Assembly: GCF_009914755.1 (NCBI RefSeq)
Contig: NC_060928.1
DNA length: 64,000 bases
Direction: 5' to 3' (one strand)
Source of the DNA: the human T2T-CHM13v2.0 reference genome, Homo sapiens
Shown: in pieces, positions 61,793-64,000 of the stretch
How the letters are laid out: each line of letters opens with the position of its first letter
How positions within the stretch are numbered: the first letter of the stretch is position 1
Position numbers and translations under genes: made by a program
The notes under the pieces: model-generated
The model's input: the letters and a program-made list of their open reading frames with translations, nothing else
What the model was told of the DNA's origin: nothing
The model's database searches: none

Positions 61793-64000
61793 GGCCACAA
61801 ACATAGATTTGCCCTGAGAAGCAATATGAATGCTAATTGCCTCATTAATTCTCAGAGAAAAGGCATATTTTTCAATGCAGTGGGTGGAAACAAAAAACGA
61901 AACAAAACAAAACAAGAACAAAACAACAAAGGTAAATTTTTTAATTTTCTCCCAGTATCCTTCCAAGGAGATAAATATTTTCCTTATTTCATTCTATAAT
62001 TCAAAATACACCAGGATTTTTTTTTTTAAAGAAAGACTGGAATTAATTTTCTTGGGAATTGTTATGATTTGTGATGGATGACCAGCCATTCTGATTCAGT
62101 CCTTTACCCAGAGCTGGTTGATGATTACTAGCAGGGTCTGAAATCTGAGTGGACTATTCAAGCAACAGAAAGCTATACAAGTGCTTCCAAGTCACTATGT
62201 GTGCTCAGTGCAGAGTTTCTGAAATAACCATCAAGGGCCTATTTTGCAACTGTACTCACCCTTGGAGTTTTCTAATGTGTTTGCCACTGTTGTTAATTCT
62301 AAGGTTAGAAAGTATGCTCCCCCCAAGTTAATTGTCCAATTAGCTCTACAACTATGGCTTGTAAAACAAGCACTGTGAACATGAGATTTGATATGAAGGA
62401 GACTGTGCCCAGTTTCCTTAAGTTTCTATTTAAAAAAAAAAAAAAAGGTACATAGTTTTGAATGATTTTATTGAATAAGCGGGAGTGGACAAATTGCCAA
62501 CCTAATACACACTTAAAAATTCATTACTCTTTATCTACAACTTGGTCTCTCAACAAAGACACTGCATGAGAATAGAATAGATTCCAGTCTCCATTTCTCA
62601 TCATTTACTGATCATCATTTACCACATGCTAAGCACTAGGAGATGGTGGGTGGGGGCTGGTATTGATGTTGTATTGATGTTGTCAGTACAAAGACACATA
62701 CAACAGATCTCAGACCTCAAATTGCTTAAAGCCATTGGAATGTGGCTAGAACTGTGTAGTGCAATTACTGACAATAATCACACTAAACTTCCACAAAGAA
62801 ACTTTCCTGTGAATTCTTCCCGAGTAGGTGGTCATAGTGGATTCCTATAGCATATATTTTCAGTGCCATTTCTTCTTGCCCAAACACAGAGCTGAGACCA
62901 TGTAGTGGGGGACCCCTATATTTAATGAACTATTCCTAAACTTCCCCAATTTAAGTTCCTTGGTTTCCTAGATTTAATCCTGGGAAAAGAAATCTCCAGG
63001 TTTCTGGTCTCATTTGCTATGCATGCTATGCATTTTTGTCAACATAGCTGAGATACCCTGGGAGTGTTGTATATGAATAATAGGGAAAAACTACAGTCAT
63101 AAATTTACAATGATTTAAGAATTTCCTCCAGTGATCTTAAAAAGACAGGATTAACGCCAGATTTAGAAAACAGATGTCCTGGTATTTGATCCACCTGTGC
63201 TTGGGATATTGGCTCACACAGAAGTTTCAGAATTCTTTGACAATATACTTAACAGCCTAGCTATGGAGTCATACTACACTTTTACTAGCACCTACCTATT
63301 CTAAGTTATAGCATCTCTTCTTAGCCTTGTATGTCACTATCATCAAATAACATTTGTTGAAAAATCTGTGACATATCCTTAATTACTAACTTTAAGAAGC
63401 TAAATTTTTTTAAAAGGTGATATTTACATTTAGACACATACTCCAGATATTGTGTCAAGCCTTAACGAGAGTTCATAACTACCACAATGTATTTTTAGCC
63501 TGCCTAAATTAAGGGATAAAATAATCTACCAAGCTTTACATTACTTTGGGTCCTTTTTTTTCTTTCCTTTTTTCCCCTAAATTTTCACATCCTAACAAAT
63601 GATGTGACAATTAGGACTTTTGTTTTCCAATTTGCCAATAATCTTCTAGAAAGTCACCTCTAAAAGAGAGAGAAAGCCCTGTGCTTAGTTGAGAGGCCAG
63701 GTAATTGGGGGCGGGGATGCCCACTTGAATGTGGCAGCATCGCTGGCTACCAACAGGCTTCCCATTCCAAACGCATTACTCTTTGTGGAACTGCTTTGAA
63801 CACGGTACAGAGGGTACACATCAGTGATACACGCCTCCCTTGATGTTTCCATGGTCTGTTAGGAAAAGGAAGCATCAAACATAAAATTTATTTTCTGGAA
63901 ATTTAGATATAAGTAAAATTTTATAAGGAAATTGTTTCCTTCAATGTATTTGAGAATCCTATAAAGCTAAGCTTTGTAAAATGGAGAAAATGTAACATCT

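Noticed and set aside
61800-64000. Repeat-poor terminal region with a GC box near 63706
   Set aside because: I found no exon with credible splice sites and frame; a lone motif is not enough. The next SPMIP2 exon probably lies beyond the window.

Overview
Primate, very probably human, genomic DNA that I recognise as the FNIP2 / C4orf45 (SPMIP2) locus on chr4q32. The gene identities come from recalled protein sequences, not from a database search. On the + strand, the last coding exon of FNIP2 starts at 1237 (…[25 protein letters not shown]) and is followed by a ~3.6 kb 3'UTR ending near 4885. On the - strand, two in-frame internal exons of C4orf45/SPMIP2 (57119-57061 and 12127-11938) are separated by a 44.9 kb intron, and the gene continues antisense across the FNIP2 3' end. 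The rest is repeat-rich intron: dozens of Alus, old L1/L2/MIR, MaLR LTRs, a full-length THE1A, solo LTR12C and MER11 LTRs with intact TSDs, and DNA-transposon fossils. Almost all ORFs in the supplied track are repeat-derived noise. I see no new multi-gene system. The best leads are regulatory: a candidate antisense terminal exon inside the FNIP2 3'UTR, miR-25/92 sites fused to poly(A) signals, an RFX/CRE composite element, germline-active LTR promoters, and a chimeric Alu carrying captured unique sequence. Repeat subfamily calls are by eye.
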